From Octopus bimaculoides (Eukaryota): DNA of 37,562 nucleotides. Shown piece after piece: positions 9,821-21,931 of the stretch (positions within the stretch are counted from its first letter, which is position 1; every line of letters begins with the position of its first letter). The translations under genes and the position numbers were made by a program. The notes beneath the pieces were generated by a model. It ran no database searches. It was given only the letters and a program-made list of their open reading frames with translations, and had not been told where the DNA came from. The stretch lies in contig NC_068989.1 of NCBI RefSeq assembly GCF_001194135.2, positions 92,926,640 to 92,964,201 of the forward strand. The letters are read 5' to 3'.

Positions 9821-10444
9821 CATTAAAAAAAAGAAGAAGTGTTTAATGATAATGTTAGTCATGGCCAGAACGCTTTTGACTGCAGGGGTGTCTATCGGTG
9901 GTGACATAGGATAAAAAGACAGCAATGACACCAGCCAGACCATACAACAAAATGCTACATCATGCTATGTATTATCTAACCGCAACACATTGCATCTTTC
10001 AACACCGTTCCTAGGTTACAGTACACGGCCACGGTATATTTACACAGCACCACATCTTCCCCACCACCCTAGACCACCCTAAACCAGAACACAACGCACC
10101 AGCACAGCACCACAGCAGCACCCGAACTCCCTCACATCACACATCATAGCTTATCGCATAACGCCTCCTCACTACATTATTGCTACCGCCATTTTCACCA
10201 TCACCACCACCACCACCACCATCATCATCATCATCTACATACCATTCTATACTATGCTACACCGCACCGTAACACCACGACTCCTCACCCTTATTACATC
10301 CAGCGCTGCCTGTAAAATATCTCAAATTTCCGATTCTATTTTGGTAAATGGTACATTTTTAGTTTTTGGTTGGTTGTAGTGGGAGAGGGGAGGGAAGGGA
10401 AGAAGAGGTGGGAGGTGGATACTGTTTGTTGTTTTGGTAAGAAG

Positions 10445-10660
10445 CCAGACATGAAAAGATAGAGAAATGAAGGTAGGAGGAGGTTAGAGAGAGAGAGGGG
10501 GGGAAGAGAAGGAGAGAGAGAAAATGAGAAATCAAAAACAAAAAAGGAATAATGAAAGAAAGGAATGAAGAATGGAAGGAACGAAAGAAGGAAGGGAGGA
10601 ACGAAGAATGGGAGGTAGGAAGGAAACAGAAAGAAAGAGAGAAAGAAAGAATGGGAGAAA

Positions 10661-10701
<41 letters not shown>

Positions 10702-10925
10702 GAAAAAGAAGGGAAAAAAGAAAGAATGAAAGAAGGGAAGAAGGAAAGAAAGAAAGGAGATGGGCGAACGGAAAGATTTACAATTAAAGAATTAGCAAGA
10801 GAGACGGTAGGGAAAGAAAGAAAGAAAGAAAGAATGAAAGTAAGGAAGAAAAAGAAAGTGAACGAAAAGAAAAAAAAGAAGTCGTGGAAAAAAATGAAAG
10901 ATTAGGAGAAAATGAACGAAAGAAT
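10445..10925. repeat. Purine-rich low-complexity tract with a (GAAA)n core
   Basis: Direct reading; source of the K/E/R-rich pseudo-ORF 10552-10905. Confidence 0.9.
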
Positions 10926-11257
10926 TATTAAAATATGGCGTCAGTGGAAGGTAAAATGGGTGATATAGAGTTTAAATATAGCAGCAGAAGAAAAGTTAAA
11001 AATAAGAGAAAGAGAGAGAAGGTGGGGATGAGATGGGGGAAGAGGGATAGACAGACAGACAGACAGATAATCAAATACAGACAAGCAGGTAGGTAGACAC
11101 GCAGTGACCGAGACAGATAAACGGACAGACAGGCAGGTAAGCAGACAGACAAGCAAGCAAACAGACATGTGATGAGAATTAATGAAAATTTATTAGTTTA
11201 GTAGGATGAGAGAATAATATAAATGAGAAGGAAATCGTCAAAAATAAAGAAAAAAAT

Positions 11258-11418
11258 GCGCTGACGTGGCTGTGTGGTAAGGAGCTTGCTTCCCAACCAC
11301 ATGGTCCCGGGTTCAGTCCCACTACGATGCACCTGGGGCAAGTGTCTTCTACTATATAGCCTCGGGCCAATCAAAGCCTTGTGAGTGGATTTGGTAGACG
11401 GGAGCTGAAAGAAGCCCG

Positions 11419-11455
<37 letters not shown>
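11258..11455 (+). mobile_element. tRNA-derived SINE family B, 5' half plus (GT)n
   Basis: tggctgtgtggtaa..agcttgcttcccaaccacatggt.ccgggttcagtccc...gggcaagtgtcttctacta...gccttgtgagtggatttggtagacgg..ctgaaagaagcccgtcg. Confidence 0.88.
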
Positions 11456-11466
11456 NNNNNNNNNNA

Positions 11467-11650
11467 CAGGACGTTAGGAAAATGAACGGGGACATAAAAA
11501 CAAAACGGACTTTGTTTACAGACAACAGAACGAACACAGGAAAACAAACAAGCCACTCGGAATTATTCCTTCATCAGCTGCCTCTATTCTAAAACTAGGC
11601 GTTTCGAAGATAAGGCATGACGCACTCTTAGAATAGTTTCTTCCTGAGTA
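11467..11650 (-). repeat. Interspersed repeat family F (GAAAC...CTGATGA motifs)
   Basis: Reverse complement aligns with 12686-12850: tcttcgaaacgcct...ttagaatag.gg.agctgatga.gga...gtggcttgt.tgttttc. Confidence 0.7.
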
Positions 11651-11704
11651 GTGGATTAACCCACTAAACAGAGGATTCCAAGGTAGCAAACACAAACCAA
11701 GACA

Positions 11705-11975
11705 GGAAAAATTGGAAGATGGAAAATGAAAGAAACTCGTCGTATGTGCATGTGTGTGTATGAGTGTTTGTGTGTCTGTGTTTTCCCTCCCCACCACTAT
11801 CGCTTGACAGCCGATGGTGGTGTATTTACGTCCCCGTAGCTAGCTATTCGTCAAAAGAGACCGATAGAAGAAGTACTAGGTTTACAAAGAGTAAGTCCTG
11901 GGGACGATTTGTTCTACGAAAGGCGGTGCTCTAGCATGGCCGTAGTAAAATGAGTGAAACAAATAAAAGAAAAAA
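11705..11975 (+). mobile_element. SINE family B, 5'-truncated copy
   Basis: gatggaaaatgaaagaaactcgtcgtatgtg (mid-domain), then the 3' half ending ggcggtgctctagcatggccg..tcaa..tga.tgaaacaa. Confidence 0.8.
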
Positions 11976-12061
11976 GAAAGAAATATATGTACACTTGCAC
12001 TCATATGACAATACAACTGAAAAATAAATGTCATATATATTAAAATAGACATATATTATAT

Positions 12062-12356
12062 ACTGCGACAATTTTTGTTCCTCAACAGGCCCTGCCCTGT
12101 TTAACATTCTCCCAAAACTGATCAAAGAGGAAAAGGATCCCATCACCTTTAAACGGAGTCTGGAGAAATTTCTTCAAGGAATACCAGATGAGCCACCCAT
12201 ACCTGGATACAACTCACTCAACAAGAACTCACTACTTGAATGGACCATAATACCATTAAACTTGACTTAAAAAGGATTTAGATAATCCTATTCCTATTAA
12301 GTTAGACATGGCCTGGGCCAATCTTTGGTCGAAACATATCTAAGTCTATCTAAGTT
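12062..12356 (+). mobile_element. CR1/L2-like LINE 3' end
   Basis: 12070-12270 reads NFCSSTGPALFNILPKLIKEEKDPITFKRSLEKFLQGIPDEPPIPGYNSLNKNSLLEWTIIPLNLT*. The GP.LFN.LP...FK..L.KFL..IPD.P pattern is typical of the C-terminus after the RT domain in CR1-group ORF2. Ends in the short repeat atctaagt x2; homologous to 19300-19470. Confidence 0.75.
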
Positions 12357-12685
12357 AATTTATATCCCAATGCATACATCCTCTCTCTCAGTCTTTCACA
12401 CATACACAGAAAACATGTGAATGCATACACCATATAAACGTGCACACACTCTCAGTGTCTCCCATCCCCATTCGCTCTATCTCTGGTTGGGTGACTATAA
12501 ATTCAGTCAGCCATGTCTATCTCCAATCCTAGTATGTTACTTATCATCGCTTTCGTGAAGCCTTTTTGGTCTGTGTTATCTTCACCAACACTGCAAATAT
12601 TATCAGCATCATCATCATCACCACACGCATCACTACAACTGTCAACAAATTTAATTTGTGTATACAAATTTAATTTGCGGCCCAT

Positions 12686-12850
12686 GGGAAGAGCCATTTT
12701 AACGATACGTCCTGCCCTACTCTTCGAAACGCCTGTGTTAGAATAGGGGTAGCTGATGAGGGAAAATGTTCTCTATGTGGCTTGTGTGTTTTCTGTACTC
12801 TGGTTATTATTATTTTTTTGTCTACGTTTTGCTTGCAATGTACTGTACCC
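12686..12850 (+). repeat. Interspersed repeat family F
   Basis: Homologous to the reverse complement of 11467-11650; GAAAC 12726-12730, CTGATGA 12753-12759. Confidence 0.7.
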
Positions 12851-12924
12851 AGATATGCACCTATACATACAGGTAGACGTAGGTATGCACATACCTGTAC
12901 GTATATATGCATATACTCATTATT

Positions 12925-12955
<31 letters not shown>

Positions 12956-13003
12956 CATACATGCATGCATATATGGGTACAAGACATCACAAAAACGTTA
13001 AAC

Positions 13004-13970
13004 NNNNNNNNNNNNNNNNNNNNNNNNNNNNNNNNNNNNNNNNNNNNNNNNNNNNNNNNNNNNNNNNNNNNNNNNNNNNNNNNNNNNNNNNNNNNNNNNN
13101 NNNNNNNNNNNNNNNNNNNNNNNNNNNNNNNNNNNNNNNNNNNNNNNNNNNNNNNNNNNNNNNNNNNNNNNNNNNNNNNNNNNNNNNNNNNNNNNNNNNN
13201 NNNNNNNNNNNNNNNNNNNNNNNNNNNNNNNNNNNNNNNNNNNNNNNNNNNNNNNNNNNNNNNNNNNNNNNNNNNNNNNNNNNNNNNNNNNNNNNNNNNN
13301 NNNNNNNNNNNNNNNNNNNNNNNNNNNNNNNNNNNNNNNNNNNNNNNNNNNNNNNNNNNNNNNNNNNNNNNNNNNNNNNNNNNNNNNNNNNNNNNNNNNN
13401 NNNNNNNNNNNNNNNNNNNNNNNNNNNNNNNNNNNNNNNNNNNNNNNNNNNNNNNNNNNNNNNNNNNNNNNNNNNNNNNNNNNNNNNNNNNNNNNNNNNN
13501 NNNNNNNNNNNNNNNNNNNNNNNNNNNNNNNNNNNNNNNNNNNNNNNNNNNNNNNNNNNNNNNNNNNNNNNNNNNNNNNNNNNNNNNNNNNNNNNNNNNN
13601 NNNNNNNNNNNNNNNNNNNNNNNNNNNNNNNNNNNNNNNNNNNNNNNNNNNNNNNNNNNNNNNNNNNNNNNNNNNNNNNNNNNNNNNNNNNNNNNNNNNN
13701 NNNNNNNNNNNNNNNNNNNNNNNNNNNNNNNNNNNNNNNNNNNNNNNNNNNNNNNNNNNNNNNNNNNNNNNNNNNNNNNNNNNNNNNNNNNNNNNNNNNN
13801 NNNNNNNNNNNNNNNNNNNNNNNNNNNNNNNNNNNNNNNNNNNNNNNNNNNNNNNNNNNNNNNNNNNNNNNNNNNNNNNNNNNNNNNNNNNNNNNNNNNN
13901 NNNNNNNNNNNNNNNNNNNNNNNNNNNNNNNNNNNNNNNNNNNNNNNNNNNNNNNNNNNNNNNNNNNNNN
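13004..13970. other. Assembly gap (967 N). Other gaps: 1607-1616, 9454-9594, 11456-11465, 14449-14458, 17586-17595, 19472-19826, 21251-21260, about 26663-26776, about 27432-27743, 28562-28579, 32612-32621, 33528-34246, 35443-36267
   Basis: N runs; most abut microsatellites. Confidence 0.99.
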
Positions 13971-14020
<50 letters not shown>

Positions 14021-14341
14021 GGATGTATGTACTAATGTATAAAATAAGAGATAAAGGGAAAGGCGAAAGAAGAAAGCTTGTATTAGGCTGGAGATTGTAC
14101 AGACGACGTCGAAGAGGCAGAAAAAGTGGAGGGATGGATGAGGAAGATAAGTGATTTGGTAAGAGGGAAACGGTGGTGGGGCAGAAGGACCTGGCTACTG
14201 GGAAATTCCATCGCTCTTTTGACGTTCTTGTTTTGTATATTTTATTGTTTTCTTGCTTTCCTTGTATTTGCTCTTTTACACACATACAGTACTGAAACAG
14301 TCGGGTATACACATGTGTGTGCGCCTATGTATATGTATTGT

Positions 14342-14378
<37 letters not shown>

Positions 14379-14484
14379 CACACGTACACAGAAAGTTTCG
14401 CGCTCTCTCGCTTTCTCTCTGCCTTTCTCTCTCTCTCTCTCTCTCTCTNNNNNNNNNNCTCTCCCTCTCTCTCTCTCTCACACA

Positions 14485-14520
<36 letters not shown>

Positions 14521-14894
14521 CGAGACACGAGATTCTGCTGTTTGCTTCTGCCGAGATGACATTTGACATTTTCGGTCAAGTTGTTTTCCTAGTAACCATT
14601 ATAATAAACCTCACTGACGCCACCTCGACCAACCCCTATCTTATCGGCTTCACCTTTTGTTTATTTACGTTTTTCATTTGCTCTCTTCCCCTTTTCGTGT
14701 CTCCCCTTTTTTTTTTATTTTTATTTTCTATATTTTTGTAATAACATTGATTTGTTTTTGTTGTGTTGTTGTAGTTTTCTATTTCGTTATCTTTAATGTT
14801 TTTTTTTTACATTTTGATTCCTTGTTTTTGCTTGTTTTTCGTTTAATCTATTTATTTATTTTAACATTACCTCGTCTTTCTTCTTAAACCAATG

Positions 14895-15348
14895 CTCTCA
14901 CACCTCATGCTTCTCCCTGCCCCCTCTCTCTTTCTATCTCTCCCTCTCTCTCCATGTCCTCGCACTGTATTTGTCGCTCTATTTCTTCTCAATGTTTTTT
15001 TCTGTCTCATTTCGTGTCTTCTTCATCCCCTCCTCTCTACATCGTCACTATTGCTCTTTCTATTCTTCCCCCTCTCATCTTCCTTTTCTCTCAATGCATT
15101 AATGATTATTTCAATCTCTCTCTCACCCTCTGTCCTTCTCGTCGGCTCCCCCCCCTCTCTCCGCTTTTTATCTCTCAATCTGTCTTTTCTTCTCATCATA
15201 CCATTACCTACGTACTATATCCTATTTTGCTTTCTCTTGTCTCCCCGCCTCCCCTATGTCTCTGCAGTTCACTCTCTTTTTCTTCATATCTACCTCTACC
15301 TTTTCTCTCTTCCTCTCTCTTTCTCTCTCTCTCTCTCCCTCTCTCTCT
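14895..15348. repeat. Pyrimidine-rich low-complexity tract
   Basis: CT-rich, ending in (CT)n. Confidence 0.8.
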
Positions 15349-15611
15349 GATTTTGGAACTAAGTAATACGAGGAAGACGATGCCTGAGAGTTTTGACAAT
15401 TCTTACAAGAATGCCTTGAGTTCTTAAAATCATGTACAAGTTCATTTCATTCTTTTTAGAAATCCTCAGTATAATATAACCTATTATTAGAAAGTTTACA
15501 CACACGCGCACACATGAATATATATGTATATTTATACACGTACACACACATGTATGTAGGTATGTATATGTCTGTATAGAGCTCCGACAGAAAAAAAAAC
15601 ACGGAAAAAGC

Positions 15612-15895
15612 TACATAGTAAGAAGCTTGCTTCCCAACCCCATGGTTCGGGGTTTAGTCCCGCTGCGAGGCACCTTGGGTAAGTAAGTATGTTCTACTAT
15701 AGTCCCGGGGCCGATCAAAGCCTTGTGTGTATGTGTGTGTGTGTTTGAGTCTGTGTTTGTCTCCCCCCATCGCTTGACAACTGATGTTGATGTGTTTACG
15801 TCCCCGTAACTTAGCGGTTCGACAGAAGAGAAATAATAGAATGAGTACCAGGCTTACAAAGAATAAGTCGAGAGGTCGATTTCTTCGACTAAAAC
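15612..15895 (+). mobile_element. SINE family B, near full length, degenerate
   Basis: Collinear with 18897-19265, with internal deletions. Confidence 0.8.
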
Positions 15896-15940
15896 ACCGG
15901 TTGTCAATTGGTAGAGAAACAAGCACACACACACACATGC

Positions 15941-16092
15941 ACGACAGGCTTCCACATAATGTCTCTCTATCAACTTCACTCATAAGGCATTGCTTGGCTA
16001 GGGGATATAATGAAAAGCAAGGTAGAGCGCAGGGGGATTGAACTTGAAACCATGTGGCTGTGAGGTGAACTTGCTGACCACACAGCCATGTC
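15941..16092 (-). mobile_element. SINE family B, 5' half
   Basis: acgacaggcttccacat...cactcataaggcatt...ttgaacttgaaaccatgtgg...accacacagccat is the reverse complement of the B head. Confidence 0.7.
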
Positions 16093-16319
16093 TACTACAC
16101 CTGTATCATGTGTATCTGTATACCCAACTCACCTTTAAGGGGCGCACAAACACTGAAAGAAATAATTGGTTGATATCAAGGGAAAACGCTAAAACGCAGA
16201 AATATTTCTATATCAGCTTTAAAAATACCGCATTTAAAAAATGCTTTGAAAGAGAGAAACGGGATTAATATGAATGAAGTACAATAAGAATAATGGTTTC
16301 AAAGTTTGACCCCAAGTCC

Positions 16320-16494
16320 AGTAAGTCTGAGGGGGGAAGCAAGTGGATTTATCAACTCCAGTACTCAACTAGTACTTATTTCATTGACCCCCGAAAGAAT
16401 GAAAGGCGAAGTTGACAATGGTGGCATTTGAACTCAGAACGTAAATACCTAAGCATTTCGCGCGGCGTTCTAACGATTCTGCCAGCTCGGCGCC
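16320..16494 (-). mobile_element. SINE family A
   Basis: Reverse complement ggcgccgagctggcagaatcgttagaacgcc...gttctgagttcaaatgcc. Confidence 0.8.
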
Positions 16495-16544
16495 ATGATA
16501 CACCACCACCACCACCACCACCAATAATAATAATAATAATAATC

Positions 16545-16765
16545 CTTTCTGCTAAAAGCACAAGGCCTGAAATTTCTGGGAAGGAGGGGCTAATTAATTA
16601 CATCGACCCCCAGTGTTCAAATGATGCTTAATTCATCGACCCCGAAAGGATGAAAAGCAAAGTCTACTCGAGCGGAATTTGAACCCAGAACGTAAAAACG
16701 TGTGAAATGCTTCGCTGCTAAGCATTTCACAATGCGTACTAACGATTCTGCCAGTTCACCGCCTT
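16545..16765 (-). mobile_element. SINE family A, full length, between (AAT)n tracts
   Basis: Reverse complement aaggcggtgaactggcagaatcgttag...gttctgggttcaaattccg...ggccttgtgcttttagcagaaagg. Confidence 0.85.
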
Positions 16766-16767
16766 TA

Positions 16768-16768
16768 T

Positions 16769-16846
<78 letters not shown>

Positions 16847-16847
16847 G

Positions 16848-16923
<76 letters not shown>

Positions 16924-16948
16924 TAATAATAGCAACAACAACAATAAT
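16768..16948. repeat. (AAT)n / (AAC)n microsatellite
   Basis: Direct reading. Confidence 0.97.
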
Positions 16949-18202
16949 TGGGGACTGGCGTTCATGCGTTTATGTATTAACTACGGAAGTGGATAGAATT
17001 AGGTGTAACCGGAAACCAAAAACATAGTAATGAATTCAACAGGTTTGGCTCGCTATAAGATATTTAATTGCTCTACATACAGCCGTTCCGCTTAATAGTT
17101 TTAATATACACTGGGATTTGAGAGGATTTCAGCTATTGTTTCTAGCAGATCTGGCAACCCATATGGACTCTCCATGGGTGGAAACTGTAGAGAAGCCTGT
17201 CAGGTGGATGGATTGTTGTTGTAATTCGAAATGTTATGGAGTTATCATAGATCGTATTACGTGGATTGTACCTGAGAATTATGTTAAGTGAATCCGTATC
17301 ACAGGGATGTTCAGTCGCTCACGGGTTAATTCAAGAGCAGATAATTCAAGTGGACAAACGACCCAATCCTTATTGCCTGACCACGGAGAGTTGATGTGTA
17401 TTTAAATAGATTGTGTACTCGTTTCTGTGGCGTTGGTCAAGTGATGTAGACACCTGATGAGACAGACCCCTATGAGGTTCGAAAATATATCAAAATTGTT
17501 CATAGAGGTTTTCAAACCACCGAGAAACAGGCAAATTTGAAGTTCGTATACGTAGGTTTGTACACACACACACACACACACACACNNNNNNNNNNCCAAA
17601 TTCCACTCAGTGGCCACATAGACTCTTGCGCCAGAAACAAAAACCCTAAATTCATTATATTCCCTTTCTATCAATGTAAAGACAGAATCTCCACACAAGA
17701 AAGAATCAACAAGGAGAATCTTTTCCTAGAGAAATTCCAACCATTTCTTAACACACACACACACGCCCCTCAGTGACCTTGTTTCTCTAGGAACAGACAT
17801 AAACTTCCTGTTCAAAAAGAGTTCAAAACTCCAACTAAAAACATTTGTCTCCCCTTACACACACTTCCTGTTTTGACACCACATTTCCTGCTTAACACAT
17901 ACTTTTAACCCTTTATTAAAACCTAACAAAACTCTCAACCGTCATGCATCCTTATTTTTCCTACCATTATATACATGAACTACTATTGAACTTCAAAAGC
18001 TCAAAGGCAATATAATGTATGGGTATATATATTTTTTTATATATTATTGTTTTATATATTATTTTCTTCATTTTGTACTTCTTTGTAAAAAACATTTTCA
18101 TTCTCTTTCTTCTTGATAATTTGCTTTCGCAATGAAAACCGGTTAGAAATCTTTATTAAAATATGCTTCCAGTTTAGCATTCTGCCCTTTTCTTTCATTT
18201 TC

Positions 18203-18237
<35 letters not shown>

Positions 18238-18495
18238 TGGTGATCATTTATTAGTCATATTTCAAACCGTATCAGTCATTGCTAACCCTCCATCAAACTG
18301 TCCAACCAGCCCTGTAAAGGCACAAGAAGCGTCAAAGATAAGCAAAGGGCTGAGGCATAGATCAACATCTGTGGGTCTAGGTTCTAAGGATGGAAGCTGG
18401 TTAGATAGTGTGGTGGAGTTAATTAAAGATAGGCGGTGGTAGAGCTTGCGGCGACAGCGGTGGTAATGGTGGTTTGTTGCTGCAGCTGCTGCTGC

Positions 18496-18541
<46 letters not shown>

Positions 18542-18896
18542 GGAGGGTGAACAGATGGACTCTTATGAATATAGAGTTCACACAGATCCTTGTCATACGG
18601 TTTTAATCCCGTCATCTGTCCGTGTCAGTAACCACGATCTTTCGCATGCCTGTCCTTTCGTCCTCACTGTTCCGGTTGAATTCTTATCTTCCGCTAGATT
18701 TCTGGTTTTGCTGTGTACACACACACACACACACGCACGCATACGTAACCACATACTCATGCATGCTAACACTTTTAGGCTATATATGTGCGTATACACA
18801 CACAAACATATACATACACACACATACATATATATATATACGCACACATATACTCAAATATACACACGCACATATATATATAGGTTAGATATATTA

Positions 18897-19265
18897 GGCG
18901 CAGGCTTGGCTGTGTGGTAAGTAGCTTGCTTACGAGCCACATGGTTCCGGGTTCAGTCCCACTACGTGGCATTTTGGGTAAGTGTCTTCTACTATAACCT
19001 CGAGCCGACCAAAGCCTTGAGAGTGGATTTGGTAGACGGAAACTGAAAGAAGCCATGTATGTATACCTTTGTGTGTCTGTGTTTGGATCCCACCACCCCA
19101 CCCTACCACCGCTTGACAACCGATGTTGGTGTGTTTACGTCCCCGTCACCTAGCAGTTTGGCAAAAAGACCGATAGAATAAGTACTAGGCTTACAAAGAA
19201 TAAGTCCTGGGGTCGATTTGCTCACCTACATGTTGTGCTCCAGCCTGGCCACAGTCAAGTGAAAG
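18897..19265 (+). mobile_element. tRNA-derived SINE family B, full length (reference copy)
   Basis: ggcgcaggcttggctgtgtggtaag (A box)...gggttcagtccc (B box)...conserved mid-domain, short (TA/TG) spacer, 3' half ending gctccagcctggccacagtcaa. Confidence 0.9.
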
Positions 19266-19299
19266 AAGAAAATGATATGTAATGTATATGGATATATAC

Positions 19300-19470
19300 G
19301 ACCTGAACATTAGTTTCAAGGTTCATCAAAGGCTGGGACCACGGGCCATACATCCCCTGCCCAATTTAGGATCACAACATATAGGTACACTGCGGCATAA
19401 TTTCTTTTCCTCAACAGGTCCTGCACTGTTTAACATTGTCCCGACACAGATAAAAGAGGAAAAGGATCCT
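19300..19470 (+). mobile_element. CR1/L2-like LINE fragment running into a gap
   Basis: DLNISFKVHQRLGPRAIHPLPNLGSQHIGTLRHNFFSSTGPALFNIVPTQIKEEKDP; same family as 12070-12270. Confidence 0.75.
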
Positions 19471-19826
19471 ANNNNNNNNNNNNNNNNNNNNNNNNNNNNN
19501 NNNNNNNNNNNNNNNNNNNNNNNNNNNNNNNNNNNNNNNNNNNNNNNNNNNNNNNNNNNNNNNNNNNNNNNNNNNNNNNNNNNNNNNNNNNNNNNNNNNN
19601 NNNNNNNNNNNNNNNNNNNNNNNNNNNNNNNNNNNNNNNNNNNNNNNNNNNNNNNNNNNNNNNNNNNNNNNNNNNNNNNNNNNNNNNNNNNNNNNNNNNN
19701 NNNNNNNNNNNNNNNNNNNNNNNNNNNNNNNNNNNNNNNNNNNNNNNNNNNNNNNNNNNNNNNNNNNNNNNNNNNNNNNNNNNNNNNNNNNNNNNNNNNN
19801 NNNNNNNNNNNNNNNNNNNNNNNNNN

Positions 19827-19859
<33 letters not shown>

Positions 19860-20374
19860 ATATATATATAAAATATGCACACACACACACACACATATAT
19901 GTGTGTGTATATATATATATATATATATACGTGTGTGGGTGCTATTTCTTTTCCTATCTATAAATATGTTCTCTGGCTCCCTTCTACCCGTGTGTATTGG
20001 TGTGTGTATGTGTGTGTGTGCATGAAGCATCTGTTGCTCACTAAAATCTGACTTTTGTGCAAAAGCAGGAAGTGAAGAGAGACAGGGAGAGGAGTGAGAG
20101 AAGGAGAGAGCTATGAATGAGTGAGTGAGTGAAAGAAAGTGAGTGAGCGAAAGTGAGAAAGAGAATATGATGGTATCGTAAGTGAAAGAGGGAAGGAGGC
20201 GAGCGCCACCTTTCTCTCTGATGGAGTTGTTTTGTATCTGGAGAATGTTATTAAATGAAGCGAGACGAAAGGAAGATCCTAGTCTTACTTGCTTTTTGCA
20301 GCCATCTTGGTTTGCACATGTTTTTTTTCTTTCCTTTCCAATTTACACGATTCTGTCTTGACTCATCTAATTCG

Positions 20375-20407
<33 letters not shown>

Positions 20408-20435
20408 CGCGTGTGCGCGCGTGTAGCATGCATAC

Positions 20436-20850
20436 ATTCTATTCGTTTACTTGATTCAGTCATTTGACTGCGGCCTTGCTGGAGCACCGCCTTTATTGGA
20501 ACAAATAGACCCGAAGACTTATGCTTTGTAAGCCTAGTACTTGCTCTATCGACCTCTTTTGTCGACCCACTATGTTGCGGGGACGTAAACATACCAACAT
20601 CGGTTGTCAAGCAAATGTGGAGACAAACACAGATACACACACATATACATCTTTGTAAATATCTGGAGAATAAATATTTATATACAACCCGGGGTTCCGC
20701 ACGGATTACGTCTCCAAATTCACTCCTAAAACATTGGGTACGCTCCGGGCTATTGTAAAAGATACTCACACGAGGTGCCGAGCAGTGAGACTGAACCTGA
20801 ACCAACGTGGTTGCGAAGCGAGTTGCGTAACCACTTAGCCATACCTGCGC
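20436..20850 (-). mobile_element. SINE family B, full length, degenerate
   Basis: cagtcatttgactgcggcc.tgctggagcaccgcc...ggggacgtaaaca.accaacatcggttgtcaagc...accact.agccatacctgcgc is the reverse complement of B. Confidence 0.85.
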
Positions 20851-21134
20851 ATATATATTTTGTGCATGCGCGCGCATGCATGAGTATATATGTGTGTGTG
20901 TGTATATATGATTCAGTTAACTGTGCTCAGCGTGCTACGATTCTGTGTGTATATATTTATGACATGTATGCATACATATGTGCATATTCATGTACACACA
21001 CACACACACATGCGCGCATACGCACGCACGCACACACATTCAGCCATATCACCGGTAATTAAATCTGATCGTATCCCTATTTCACTTAATTACATTTCTA
21101 AAAATCTACACCAACCCATAACACAGCAGCACCC

Positions 21135-21376
21135 TAGGCCCCCACCTACACCACCACCACCACCACCACCACCACCACCGCCACCATCACCACCACCCCC
21201 ATCACCACCACCCCCACCTCCATCACCACCACCACCACCGCCACCGACAANNNNNNNNNNTAGGCCCCCACCTACACCACCACCACCACCACCACCACCA
21301 CCACCGCCACCATCACCACCACCCCCATCACCACCACCCCCACCTCCATCACCACCACCACCACCGCCACCGACAA
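21135..21376. repeat. (CCA)n-rich low-complexity tract, duplicated across a 10-N gap
   Basis: 21135-21250 identical to 21261-21376. Confidence 0.9.
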
Positions 21377-21715
21377 CACCAGCAACGACGGCAGCAACAA
21401 GATCATCAAGCAAAGAATTTCTCTCAAACTCATTTTCACCTCTAATCCATTCAATTTATACTCAAATTACTGCCAATTTACATACCGTCAGCCCTAACTC
21501 CGTGACCCTTCTTCCATCGACTCACTTGTACCAGCCTATCTTTTACCCACCTACCTACTTTCGTTTCTTTATTTTTTCTTCGTCTTCTTTATTTTCCCCG
21601 ATTCTCGGTCTTTAGATTTCTTTCTCTTTCTCCCCCATCACTAACTAAATAAACAACAACAACCACATCATCGTCTACACTTTACGCCTTTTCTTCTTTG
21701 CCTACAGTTTTATAA

Positions 21716-21931
21716 GGCGGTGAGCTGACATAATTGTTAGCACACCGGGCGAAATACTTAGCGGTATTTCTCCCTTCTCTACGTTCTGTGTTCAAATTCC
21801 GCCGAGGTCGACTTTGCTTTTCATCCTTTCGAGGTCAATAAATTAAGTACCAGTTGCGTACTAGGGCCGATGTAATCGACTCACCTCCCTTCCCACCCAA
21901 ATGGCTGCCCTTGTGGCAAAATTTGAAACCG
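21716..21931 (+). mobile_element. SINE family A, full length with (ATT) tail
   Basis: ggcggtgagctgac..aattgttagcacaccgggcgaaat.cttagcggtattt...gttcaaattccgccgaggtcgactttgc. Confidence 0.88.

Noticed and set aside
12513-12746. ORF with gccATG context and a hydrophobic N-terminus
   Set aside because: Runs through (CAT)n and into repeat family F; no splice donor or homology recognised.
17448-17495. acacCTGATGA...GAAA hammerhead-like motif
   Set aside because: Stem II needs a 3-nt bulge, no clean stem III or GUH triplet, and no stem I partner downstream.
21135-21376. Exact 116-bp tandem duplication encoding poly-proline (extensin/formin-like ORF 20890-21615)
   Set aside because: Identical copies separated by a 10-N gap indicate unmerged overlapping contig ends; the proline run is a (CCA)n microsatellite.
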